This document shows positions 11,201-25,288 of a DNA stretch of 64,000 bases, in pieces; position 1 is the first letter of the stretch, and the number at the start of each line of letters is the position of its first letter. The stretch comes from Auanema rhodensis (lineage: Eukaryota > Animalia > Nematoda): the NCBI GenBank assembly GCA_964057225.1, contig OZ059895.1:22754001-22818000 (forward strand). The letters run 5' to 3'. The position numbers were made by a program, and so were the translations under genes. The notes beneath the pieces are model-generated. The model did not search any database. It was not told the origin of the DNA and worked only from the letters and a program-made list of their open reading frames with translations.

Positions 11201-14200
11201 CAACATACACTAATGCATCATTTTTCGAACGATCATAACTAATTTTTGTATTAAGCGTTTCTCAATGTAGTATAGTGCATTCGATGCGGATTTTTAAGCT
11301 GCGTCGATCTGTGTTATCAGATTTGCGCTAGCTTAAAAATGCACCGAGATATCAACTGATATATGTTCACACTTATATCCTCGATTTTCACCCTGAAGAA
11401 TTAATTTTTTCGTTGAATAACAATGTTCATCGTCTTTGCCTTGAAAAAAGGAATCTAAAAACATCTACTTTTTGCTAAATTATTTTGAAATTTTTCGAAA
11501 AAATTTTTGTCAAAATGTTTTTGGAAGCAATGTTGAGTGTACATGGAAACTCAACATACACTAATGCATCATTTTTCAAACGATCATAACTAATTTTTGT
11601 ATTAAGCGTTTCTCAATGTAGTATAGTGCATTCGATGCGGATTTTTAAGTTGCGTCGATCTGTGTTATCAGATTTGCGCTAGCTTAAAAATGCACCGAGA
11701 TATCAACTGATATAAGTTCACACTTATATCCTCGATTTTCACCCTGAAGAATTAATTTTTTCGTTGAATAACAATGTCCATCGTCTTTGCCTTGAAAAAA
11801 GAAATCTAAAAACATCTACTTTTTGCTAAATTATTTTGAAATTTTTCGAAAAAATTTTTGTCAAAATGTTTTTGGAAGCAATGTTGAGTGTACATGGAAA
11901 CTCAACATACACTAATGCATCATTTTTCAAACGATCATAACTAATTTTTGTATTAAGCATTTCTCAATGTAGTATAGTGCATTCGATGCGGATTTTTAAG
12001 CTGCAATGATCTGTGTTATCAGATTTGCGCTAGCTTAAAAATGCACCGAGATATCAACTGATATATGTTCACACTTATCTCCTCGATTTTCACCCTGAAG
12101 AATTAATTTTTTCGTTGAATAACAATGTCCATCGTCTTTGCCTTGAAAAAAAGAATCTAAAAACATCTACTTTTTGCTAAATTATTTTGAAATTTTTCGA
12201 AAAAATTTTTGTCAAAATGTTTTTGGAAGCAATGTTGAGTGTACATGGAAACTCAACATACACTAATGCATCATTTTTCAAACGATCATAACTAATTTTT
12301 GTATTAAGCGTTTCTCAATGTAGTATAGTGCATTCGATGCGGATTTTTAAGCTGCGTCGATCTGTGTTATCAGATTTGCGCTAGCTTAAAAATGCACCGA
12401 GATATCAACTGATATATGTTCACACTTATATCCTCGATTTTCACCCTGAAGAATCAATTTTTTCGTTGAATAACAATGTCCATCGTCTTTGCCTTGAAAA
12501 AAGGAATCTAAAAACATCTACTTTTTGCTAAATTATTTTGAAATTTTTCGAAAAAATTTTTGTCAAAATGTTTTTGGAAGCAATGTTGAGTGTACATGGA
12601 AACTCAACATACACTAATGCATCATTTTTCAAACGATCATAACTAATTTTTGTATTGAGCGTTTCTCAATGTAGTATAAGGCATTCGATGCGGATTTTTA
12701 AGCTGCGTCGATCTGTGTTATCAGATTTGCGCTAGCTTAAAAATGCACCGAGATATCAACTGATATAAGTTCACACTTAGATCCTCGATTTTCACCCTGA
12801 AGAATTAATTTTTTCGTTGAATAACAATGTCCATCGTCTTTGCCTTGAAAAAAAAAAATCTAAAAACATCTACTTTTTGCTAAATTATTTTGAAATTTTT
12901 CGAAAAAATTTTTGTCAAAATGTTTTTGGAAGCAATGTTGAGTGTACATGGAAACTCAACATACACTAATGCATCATTTTTCAAACGATCATAACTAATT
13001 TTTGTATTAAGCGTTTCTCAATGTAGTATAGTGCATTCGATGCGGATTTTTAAGCTGCGTCGATCTGTTTTATCAGATTTGCGCTAGCTTAAAAATGCAC
13101 CGAGATATCAACTGATATAAGTTCACACTTATATCCTCGATTTTCACCCTGAAGAATTAATTTTTTCGTTGAATAACAATGTCCATCGTCTTTGCCTTGA
13201 AAAAAGGAATCTAAAAACATCTACTTTTTGCTAAATTATTTTGAAATTTTTCGAAAAAATTTTTGTCAAAATGTTTTTGGAAGCAATGTTGAGTGTACAT
13301 GGAAACTCAACATACACTAATGCATCATTTTTCAAACGATCATAACTAATTTTTGTATTAAGCGTTTCTCCATGTAGTATAGTGCATTCGATGCGGATTT
13401 TTAAGCTGCGTCGATCTGTGTTATCAGATTTGCGCTAGCTTAAAAATGCACCGAGATATCAACTGATATAAGTTCACACTTAGATCCTCGATTTTCACCC
13501 TGAAGAATTAATTTTTTTGTTGAATAACAATGTCCATCGTCTTTGCTTTGAAAAAACAAATCTAAAAACATCTACTTTTTGCTAAATTATTTCGAAATTT
13601 TTCGAAAAAATTTTTGTCAAAATGTTTTTGGAAGCAATGTTGAGTGTACATGGAAACTCAACATACACTAATGCATCATTTTTCAAACGATCATAACTAA
13701 TTTTTGTATTAAGCGTTTCTCAATGTAGTATAGTGCATTCGATGCGGATTTTTAAGCTGCAATGATCTGTGTTATCAGATTTGCGCTAGCTTAAAAATGC
13801 ACCGAGATATCAACTGATATATGTTCACACTTATCTCCTCGATTTTCACCCTGAAGAATTAATTTTTTCGTTGAATAACAATGTCCATCGTCTTTGCCTT
13901 GAAAAAAAGAATCTAAAAACATCTACTTTATGCTAAATTATTTTGAAATTTTTCGAAAAAATTTTTGTCAAAATGTTTTTGGAAGCAATGTTGAGTGTAC
14001 ATGGAAACTCAACATACACTAATGCATCATTTTTCAAACGATCATAACTAATTTTTGTATTAAGCGTTTCTCAATGTAGTATAGTGCATTCGATGCGGAT
14101 TTTTAAGCTGCGTCGATCTGTGTTATCAGATTTGCGCTAGCTTAAAAATGCACCGAGATATCAACTGATATAAGTTCACACTTAGATCCTCGATTTTCAC

Positions 14201-17200
14201 CCTGAAGAATTAATTTTTTTGTTGAATAACAATGTCCATCGTCTTTGCCTTGAAAAAAAAAAATCTAAAAACATCTACTTTTTGCTAAATTATTTTGAAA
14301 TTTTTCGAAAAAATTTTTGTCAAAATGTTTTTGGAAGCAATGTTGAGTGTACATGGAAACTCAACATACACTAATGCATCATTTTTCAAACGATCATAAC
14401 TAATTTTTGTATTAAGCGTTTCTCAATGTAGTATAGTGCATTCGATGCGGATTTTTAAGCTGCGTCGATCTGTTTTATCAGATTTGCGCTAGCTTAAAAA
14501 TGCACCGAGATATCAACTGATATAAGTTCACACTTATATCCTCGATTTTCACCCTGAAGAATTAATTTTTTCGTTGAATAACAATGTCCATCGTCTTTGC
14601 CTTGAAAAAAGGAATCTAAAAACATCTACTTTTTGCTAAATTATTTTGAAATTTTTTGAAAAAATTTTTGTCAAAATGTTTTTGGAAGCAATGTTGAGTG
14701 TACATGGAAACTCAACATACACTAATGCATCATTTTTCAAACGATCATAACTAATTTTTGTATTAAGCGTTTCTCCATGTAGTATAGTGCATTCGATGCG
14801 GATTTTTAAGCTGCGTCGATCTGTGTTATCAGATTTGCGCTAGCTTAAAAATGCACCGAGATATCAACTGATATATGTTCACACTTATATCCTCGATTTT
14901 CACCCTGAAGAATTAATTTTTTCGTTGAATAACAATGTCCATCGTCTTTGCCTTGAAAAAAAAAAATCTAAAAACATCTACTTTTTGCTAAATTATTTTG
15001 AAATTTTTCGAAAAAATTTTTGTCAAAATGTTTTTGGAAGCAATGTTGAGTGTACATGGAAACTCAACATACACTAATGCATCATTTTTCAAACGATCAT
15101 AACTAATTTTTGTATTAAGCGTTTCTCAATGTAGTATAGTGCATTCGATGCGGATTTTTAAGCTGCGTCGATCTGTGTTATCAGATTTGCGCTAGCTTAA
15201 AAATGCACCGAGATATCAACTGATATAAGTTCACACTTAGATCCTCGATTTTCACCCTGAAGAATTAATTTTTTTGTTGAATAACAATGTCCATCGTCTT
15301 TGCCTTGAAAAAACAAATCTAAAAACATCTACTTTTTGCTAAATTATTTTGAAATTTTTCGAAAAAATTTTTGTCAATTTTTTTTTGGAAGCAATGTTGA
15401 GTGTACATGGAAACTCAACATACACTAATGCATCATTTTTCAAACGATCATAACTAATTTTTGTATCAAGCGTTTCTCAATGTAGTATAGTGCATTCGAT
15501 GCGGATTTTTAAGCTGCGTCAATCTGTGTTATCAGATTTGCGCTAGCTTAAAAATGCACCGAGATATCAACTGATATAAGTTCACACTTATATCCTCGAT
15601 TTTCACCCTGAAGAATTAATTTTTTCGTTGAATAACAATGTCCATCGTCTTTGCCTTGAAAAAAGAAATCTAAAAACATCTACTTTTTGCTAAATTATTT
15701 TGAAATTTTTCGAAAAAATTTTTGTCAAAATGTTTTTGGAAGCAATGTTGAGTGTACATGGAAACTCAACATACACTAATGCATCATTTTTCAAACGATC
15801 ATAACTAATTTTTGTATTAAGCGTTTCTCAATGTAGTATAGTGCATTCGATGCGGATTTTTAAGCTGCGTCGATCTGTGTTATCAGATTTGCGCTAGCTT
15901 AAAAATGCACCGAGATATCAACTGATATAAGTTCACACTTATATCCTCGATTTTCACCCTGAAGAATTAATTTTTTCGTTGAATAACAATGTCCATCGTC
16001 TTTGCCTTGAAAAAAGAAATCTAAAAACATCTACTTTTTGCTAAATTATCTTGAAATTTTTCGAAAAAATTTTTGTCAAAATGTTTTTGGAAGCAATGTT
16101 GAGTGTACATGGAAACTCAACATACACTAATGCATCATTTTTCGAACGATCATAACTAATTTTTGTATTAAGCGTTTCTCAATGTAGTATAGTGCATTCG
16201 ATGCGGATTTTTAAGCTGCGTCGATCTGTGTTATCAGATTTGCGCTAGCTTAAAAATGCACCGAGATATCAACTGATATATGTTCACACTTATATCCTCG
16301 ATTTTCACCCTGAAGAATTAATTTTTTCGTTGAATAACAATGTTCATCGTCTTTGCCTTGAAAAAAGGAATCTAAAAACATCTACTTTTTGCTAAATTAT
16401 TTTGAAATTTTTCGAAAAAATTTTTGTCAAAATGTTTTTGGAAGCAATGTTGAGTGTACATGGAAACTCAACATACACTAATGCATCATTTTTCAAACGA
16501 TCATAACTAATTTTTGTATTAAGCGTTTCTCAATGTAGTATAGTGCATTCGATGCGGATTTTTAAGTTGCGTCGATCTGTGTTATCAGATTTGCGCTAGC
16601 TTAAAAATGCACCGAGATATCAACTGATATAAGTTCACACTTATATCCTCGATTTTCACCCTGAAGAATTAATTTTTTCGTTGAATAACAATGTCCATCG
16701 TCTTTGCCTTGAAAAAAGAAATCTAAAAACATCTACTTTTTGCTAAATTATTTTGAAATTTTTCGAAAAAATTTTTGTCAAAATGTTTTTGGAAGCAATG
16801 TTGAGTGTACATGGAAACTCAACATACACTAATGCATCATTTTTCAAACGATCATAACTAATTTTTGTATTAAGCATTTCTCAATGTAGTATAGTGCATT
16901 CGATGCGGATTTTTAAGCTGCAATGATCTGTGTTATCAGATTTGCGCTAGCTTAAAAATGCACCGAGATATCAACTGATATATGTTCACACTTATCTCCT
17001 CGATTTTCACCCTGAAGAATTAATTTTTTCGTTGAATAACAATGTCCATCGTCTTTGCCTTGAAAAAAAGAATCTAAAAACATCTACTTTTTGCTAAATT
17101 ATTTTGAAATTTTTCGAAAAAATTTTTGTCAAAATGTTTTTGGAAGCAATGTTGAGTGTACATGGAAACTCAACATACACTAATGCATCATTTTTCAAAC

Positions 17201-20200
17201 GATCATAACTAATTTTTGTATTAAGCGTTTCTCAATGTAGTATAGTGCATTCGATGCGGATTTTTAAGCTGCGTCGATCTGTGTTATCAGATTTGCGCTA
17301 GCTTAAAAATGCACCGAGATATCAACTGATATATGTTCACACTTATATCCTCGATTTTCACCCTGAAGAATCAATTTTTTCGTTGAATAACAATGTCCAT
17401 CGTCTTTGCCTTGAAAAAAGGAATCTAAAAACATCTACTTTTTGCTAAATTATTTTGAAATTTTTCGAAAAAATTTTTGTCAAAATGTTTTTGGAAGCAA
17501 TGTTGAGTGTACATGGAAACTCAACATACACTAATGCATCATTTTTCAAACGATCATAACTAATTTTTGTATTGAGCGTTTCTCAATGTAGTATAAGGCA
17601 TTCGATGCGGATTTTTAAGCTGCGTCGATCTGTGTTATCAGATTTGCGCTAGCTTAAAAATGCACCGAGATATCAACTGATATAAGTTCACACTTAGATC
17701 CTCGATTTTCACCCTGAAGAATTAATTTTTTCGTTGAATAACAATGTCCATCGTCTTTGCCTTGAAAAAAAAAAATCTAAAAACATCTACTTTTTGCTAA
17801 ATTATTTTGAAATTTTTCGAAAAAATTTTTGTCAAAATGTTTTTGGAAGCAATGTTGAGTGTACATGGAAACTCAACATACACTAATGCATCATTTTTCA
17901 AACGATCATAACTAATTTTTGTATTAAGCGTTTCTCAATGTAGTATAGTGCATTCGATGCGGATTTTTAAGCTGCGTCGATCTGTTTTATCAGATTTGCG
18001 CTAGCTTAAAAATGCACCGAGATATCAACTGATATAAGTTCACACTTATATCCTCGATTTTCACCCTGAAGAATTAATTTTTTCGTTGAATAACAATGTC
18101 CATCGTCTTTGCCTTGAAAAAAGGAATCTAAAAACATCTACTTTTTGCTAAATTATTTTGAAATTTTTCGAAAAAATTTTTGTCAAAATGTTTTTGGAAG
18201 CAATGTTGAGTGTACATGGAAACTCAACATACACTAATGCATCATTTTTCAAACGATCATAACTAATTTTTGTATTAAGCGTTTCTCCATGTAGTATAGT
18301 GCATTCGATGCGGATTTTTAAGCTGCGTCGATCTGTGTTATCAGATTTGCGCTAGCTTAAAAATGCACCGAGATATCAACTGATATAAGTTCACACTTAG
18401 ATCCTCGATTTTCACCCTGAAGAATTAATTTTTTTGTTGAATAACAATGTCCATCGTCTTTGCTTTGAAAAAACAAATCTAAAAACATCTACTTTTTGCT
18501 AAATTATTTCGAAATTTTTCGAAAAAATTTTTGTCAAAATGTTTTTGGAAGCAATGTTGAGTGTACATGGAAACTCAACATACACTAATGCATCATTTTT
18601 CAAACGATCATAACTAATTTTTGTATTAAGCGTTTCTCAATGTAGTATAGTGCATTCGATGCGGATTTTTAAGCTGCAATGATCTGTGTTATCAGATTTG
18701 CGCTAGCTTAAAAATGCACCGAGATATCAACTGATATATGTTCACACTTATCTCCTCGATTTTCACCCTGAAGAATTAATTTTTTCGTTGAATAACAATG
18801 TCCATCGTCTTTGCCTTGAAAAAAAGAATCTAAAAACATCTACTTTATGCTAAATTATTTTGAAATTTTTCGAAAAAATTTTTGTCAAAATGTTTTTGGA
18901 AGCAATGTTGAGTGTACATGGAAACTCAACATACACTAATGCATCATTTTTCAAACGATCATAACTAATTTTTGTATTAAGCGTTTCTCAATGTAGTATA
19001 GTGCATTCGATGCGGATTTTTAAGCTGCGTCGATCTGTGTTATCAGATTTGCGCTAGCTTAAAAATGCACCGAGATATCAACTGATATATGTTCACACTT
19101 ATATCCTCGATTTTCACCCTGAAGAATCAATTTTTTCGTTGAATAACAATGTCCATCGTCTTTGCCTTGAAAAAAGGAATCTAAAAACATCTACTTTTTG
19201 CTAAATTATTTTGAAATTTTTCGAAAAAATTTTTGTCAAAATGTTTTTGGAAGCAATGTTGAGTGTACATGGAAACTCAACATACACTAATGCATCATTT
19301 TTCAAACGATCATAACTAATTTTTGTATTGAGCGTTTCTCAATGTAGTATAAGGCATTCGATGCGGATTTTTAAGCTGCGTCGATCTGTGTTATCAGATT
19401 TGCGCTAGCTTAAAAATGCACCGAGATATCAACTGATATAAGTTCACACTTAGATCCTCGATTTTCACCCTGAAGAATTAATTTTTTCGTTGAATAACAA
19501 TGTCCATCGTCTTTGCCTTGAAAAAAAAAAATCTAAAAACATCTACTTTTTGCTAAATTATTTTGAAATTTTTCGAAAAAATTTTTGTCAAAATGTTTTT
19601 GGAAGCAATGTTGAGTGTACATGGAAACTCAACATACACTAATGCATCATTTTTCAAACGATCATAACTAATTTTTGTATTAAGCGTTTCTCAATGTAGT
19701 ATAGTGCATTCGATGCGGATTTTTAAGCTGCGTCGATCTGTTTTATCAGATTTGCGCTAGCTTAAAAATGCACCGAGATATCAACTGATATAAGTTCACA
19801 CTTATATCCTCGATTTTCACCCTGAAGAATTAATTTTTTCGTTGAATAACAATGTCCATCGTCTTTGCCTTGAAAAAAGGAATCTAAAAACATCTACTTT
19901 TTGCTAAATTATTTTGAAATTTTTCGAAAAAATTTTTGTCAAAATGTTTTTGGAAGCAATGTTGAGTGTACATGGAAACTCAACATACACTAATGCATCA
20001 TTTTTCAAACGATCATAACTAATTTTTGTATTAAGCGTTTCTCCATGTAGTATAGTGCATTCGATGCGGATTTTTAAGCTGCGTCGATCTGTGTTATCAG
20101 ATTTGCGCTAGCTTAAAAATGCACCGAGATATCAACTGATATATGTTCACACTTATATCCTCGATTTTCACCCTGAAGAATTAATTTTTTCGTTGAATAA

Positions 20201-21778
20201 CAATGTCCATCGTCTTTGCCTTGAAAAAAAAAAATCTAAAAACATCTACTTTTTGCTAAATTATTTTGAAATTTTTCGAAAAAATTTTTGTCAAAATGTT
20301 TTTGGAAGCAATGTTGAGTGTACATGGAAACTCAACATACACTAATGCATCATTTTTCAAACGATCATAACTAATTTTTGTATTAAGCGTTTCTCAATGT
20401 AGTATAGTGCATTCGATGCGGATTTTTAAGCTGCGTCGATCTGTGTTATCAGATTTGCGCTAGCTTAAAAATGCACCGAGATATCAACTGATATAAGTTC
20501 ACACTTAGATCCTCGATTTTCACCCTGAAGAATTAATTTTTTCGTTGAATAACAATGTCCATCGTCTTTGCCTTGAAAAAAAAAAATCTAAAAACATCTA
20601 CTTTTTGCTAAATTATTTTGAAATTTTTCGAAAAAATTTTTGTCAAAATGTTTTTGGAAGCAATGTTGAGTGTACATGGAAACTCAACATACACTAATGC
20701 ATCATTTTTCAAACGATCATAACTAATTTTTGTATTAAGCGTTTCTCAATGTAGTATAGTGCATTCGATGCGGATTTTTAAGCTGCGTCGATCTGTTTTA
20801 TCAGATTTGCGCTAGCTTAAAAATGCACCGAGATATCAACTGATATAAGTTCACACTTATATCCTCGATTTTCACCCTGAAGAATTAATTTTTTCGTTGA
20901 ATAACAATGTCCATCGTCTTTGCCTTGAAAAAAGGAATCTAAAAACATCTACTTTTTGCTAAATTATTTTGAAATTTTTCGAAAAAATTTTTGTCAAAAT
21001 GTTTTTGGAAGCAATGTTGAGTGTACATGGAAACTCAACATACACTAATGCATCATTTTTCAAACGATCATAACTAATTTTTGTATTAAGCGTTTCTCCA
21101 TGTAGTATAGTGCATTCGATGCGGATTTTTAAGCTGCGTCGATCTGTGTTATCAGATTTGCGCTAGCTTAAAAATGCACCGAGATATCAACTGATATATG
21201 TTCACACTTATATCCTCGATTTTCACCCTGAAGAATTAATTTTTTCGTTGAATAACAATGTCCATCGTCTTTGCCTTGAAAAAAAAAAATCTAAAAACAT
21301 CTACTTTTTGCTAAATTATTTTGAAATTTTTCGAAAAAATTTTTGTCAAAATGTTTTTGGAAGCAATGTTGAGTGTACATGGAAACTCAACATACACTAA
21401 TGCATCATTTTTCAAACGATCATAACTAATTTTTGTATTAAGCGTTTCTCAATGTAGTATAGTGCATTCGATGCGGATTTTTAAGCTGCGTCGATCTGTG
21501 TTATCAGATTTGCGCTAGCTTAAAAATGCACCGAGATATCAACTGATATAAGTTCACACTTAGATCCTCGATTTTCACCCTGAAGAATTAATTTTTTTGT
21601 TGAATAACAATGTCCATCGTCTTTGCCTTGAAAAAACAAATCTAAAAACATCTACTTTTTGCTAAATTATTTTGAAATTTTTCGAAAAAATTTTTGTCAA
21701 TTTTTTTTTGGAAGCAATGTTGAGTGTACATGGAAACTCAACATACACTAATGCATCATTTTTCAAACGATCATAACT
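5272..21778. repeat. Higher-order repeat A: three copies of a ~15-monomer unit (15-mer 5272-10538, 14-mer 10539-15455, 18-mer 15456-21778)
   Basis: Each copy starts with a TATCAAG/GTCAATC monomer and ends with the GTCAATTTTTTTTTGG monomer (10461, 15378, 21701). The ordered barcode between them is shared: ATCTTGA+TTCGAAC, AAGTTG, GCATTT+GCAATG, AATCAA, ATTGAG+TAAGG, CTGTTTT, CTCCAT+GCTTTG, ACTTTATG. Confidence 0.88.
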
Positions 21779-24700
21779 AATTTTTGTATTAAGAGTTTCT
21801 CCATGTAGTATAGTGCATTCGATGCGGATTTTTAAGCTGCGTCGATCTGTGTTATCAGATTTGCGCTAGCTTAAAAATGCACCGAGATATCAACTGATAT
21901 ATGTTCACACTTATATCCTCGATTTTCACCCTGAAGAATCAATTTTTTCGTTGAATAACAATGTCCATCGTCTTTGCCTTGAAAAAAGGAATCTAAAAAC
22001 ATCTACTTTTTGCTAAATTATTTTGAAATTTTTCGAAAAAATTTTTGTCAAAATGTTTTTGGAAGCAATGTTGAGTGTACATGGAAACTCAACATACACT
22101 AATGCATCATTTTTCAAACGATCATAACTAATTTTTGTATTGAGCGTTTCTCAATGTAGTATAAAGCATTCGATGCGGATTTTTAAGCTGCGTCGATCTG
22201 TGTTATCAGATTTGCGCTAGCTTAAAAATGCACCGAGATATCAACTGATATAAGTTCACACTTAGATCCTCGATTTTCACCCTGAAGAATTAATTTTTTC
22301 GTTGAATAACAATGTCCATCGTCTTTGCCTTGAAAAAACAAATCTAAAAACATCTACTTTTTGCTAAATTATTTTGAAATTTTTTGAAAAAATTTTTGTC
22401 AAAATGTTTTTGGAAGCAATGTTGAGTGTACATGGAAACTCAACATACACTAATGCATCATTTTTCAAACGATCATAACTAATTTTTGTATTAAGCGTTT
22501 CTCAATGTAGTATAGTGCATTCGATGCGGATTTTTAAGCTGCGTCGATCTGTTTTATCAGATTTGCGCTAGCTTAAAAATGCACCGAGATATCAACTGAT
22601 ATAAGTTCCCACTTATATCCTCGATTTTCACCCTGAAGAATTAATTTTTTCGTTGAATAACAATGTCCATCGTCTTTGCCTTGAAAAAAGGAATCTAAAA
22701 ACATCTACTTTTTGCTAAATTATTTTGAAATTTTTCGAAAAAATTTTTGTCAAAATGTTTTTGGAAGCAATGTTGAGTGTACATGGAAACTCAACATACA
22801 CTAATGCATCATTTTTCAAACGATCATAACTAATTTTTGTATTAAGCGTTTCTCCATGTAGTATAGTGCATTCGATGCGGATTTTTAAGCTGCGTCGATC
22901 TGTGTTATCAGATTTGCGCTAGCTTAAAAATGCACCTAGATATCAACTGATATAAGTTCACACTTATATCCTCGATTTTCACCCTGAAGAATTAATTTTT
23001 TCGTTGAATAACAATGTCCATCGTCTTTGCCTTGAAAAAAGAAATCTAAAAACATCTACTTTTTGCTAAATTATTTTGAAATTTTTCGAAAAAATTTTTG
23101 TCAAAATGTTTTTGGAAGCAATGTTGAGTGTACATGGAAACTCAACATACACTAATGCATCATTTTTCAAACGATCATAACTAATTTTTATATCAAGCGT
23201 TTCTCAATGTAGTATAGTGCATTCGATGCGGATTTTTAAGCTGCGTCGATCTGTGTTATCAGATTTGCGCTAGCTTAAAAATGCACCGAGATATCAACTG
23301 ATATAAGTTCACACTTAGATCCTCGATTTTCACCCTGAAGAATTAATTTTTTTGTTGAATAACAATGTCCATCGTCTTTGCCTTGAAAAAACAAATCTAA
23401 AAACAACTACTTTTCGCTAAATTATTTTGAAATTTTTCGAAAAAATTTTTGTCAAAATGTTTTTGGAAGCAATGTTGAGTGTACATGGAAACTCAACATA
23501 CACTAATGCATCATTTTTCAAACGATCATAACTAATTTTTGTATTAAGCGTTTCTCAATGTAGTATAGTGCATTCGATGCGGATTTTTAAGCTGCGTCGT
23601 TCTGTGTTATCAGATTTGCGCTAGCTTAAAAATGCACCGAGATATCAACTGATATAAGTTCACACTTATATCCTCGATTTTCACCCTGAAGAATTAATTT
23701 TTTCGTTGAATAACAATGTCCATCGTCTTTGCCTTGAAAAAAGAAATCTAAAAACATCTACTTTTTGCTAAATTATTTTGAAATTTTTCGAAAAAATTTT
23801 TGTCAAAATGTTTTTAGAAGCAATGTTGAGTGTACATAGAAACTCAACATACACTAATGCATCATTTTTCAAACGATCATAACTAATTTTTGTATTAAGC
23901 GTTTCTCAATGTAGTATAGTGCATTCGATGCGGATTTTTAAGCTGCAATGATCTGTGTTATCAGATTTGCGCTAGCTTAAAAATGCACCGAGATATCAAC
24001 TGATATAAGTTCACACTTATATCCTCGATTTTCACCCTGAAGAATTAATTTTTTCGTTGAATAACAATGTCCATCGTCTCTGCCTTGAAAAAAGAAATCT
24101 AAAAACATCTACTTTTTGCTAAATTATTTTGAAATTTTTCGAAAAAATTTTTGTCAAAATGTTTTTGGAAGCAATGTTGAGTGTACATGGAAACTCAACA
24201 TACACTAATGCATCATTTTTCAAACAATCATAACTAATTTTTGTATTAAGCGTTTCTCAATGTAGTATAGTGCATTCGATGCAGATTTTTAAGCTGCGTC
24301 GATCTGTGTTATCAGATTTGCGCTAGCTTAAAAATGCACCGAGATATCAACTGATATATGTTCACACTTATATCCTCGATTTTCACCCTGAAGAATTAAT
24401 TTTTTCGTTGAATAACAATGTCCATCGTCTTTGCCTTGAAAAAAGGAATCTAAAAACATCTACTTTTTGCTAAATTATTTTGAAATTTTTCGAAAAAATT
24501 TTTGTCAAAATGTTTTTGGAAGCAATGTTGAGTGTACATGGAAACTCAACATACACTAATGCATCATTTTTCGAACGATCATAACTAATTTTTGTATTAA
24601 GCAATTCTCAATGTAGTATAGTGCATTCGATGCGGATTTTTAAGCTGCGTCGATCTGTGTTATCAGATTTGCGCTAGCTTAAAAATGCACCGAGATATCA

Positions 24701-25288
24701 ACTGATATATGTTCACACTTATATCCTCGATTTTCACCCTGAAGAATTAATTTTTTCGTTGAATAACAATGTTCATCGTCTTTGCCTTGAAAAAAGGAAT
24801 CTAAAAACATCTACTTTTTGCTAAATTATTTTGAAATTTTTCGAAAAAATTTTTGTCAAAATGTTTTTGGAAGCAATGTTGAGTGTACATGGAAACTCAA
24901 CATACACTAATGCATCATTTTTCAAACGATCATAACTAATTTTTGTATTAAGCGTTTCTCAATGTAGTATAGTGCATTCGATGCGGATTTTTAAGTTGCG
25001 TCGATCTGTGTTATCAGATTTGCGCTAGCTTAAAAATGCACCGAGATATCAACTGATATAAGTTCACACTTATATCCTCGATTTTCACCCTGAAGAATTA
25101 ATTTTTTCGTTGAATAACAATGTCCATCGTCTTTGCCTTGAAAAAAGAAATCTAAAAACATCTACTTTTTGCTAAATTATTTTGAAATTTTTCGAAAAAA
25201 TTTTTGTCAAAATGTTTTTGGAAGCAATGTTGAGTGTACATGGAAACTCAACATACACTAATGCATCATTTTTCAAACGATCATAACT

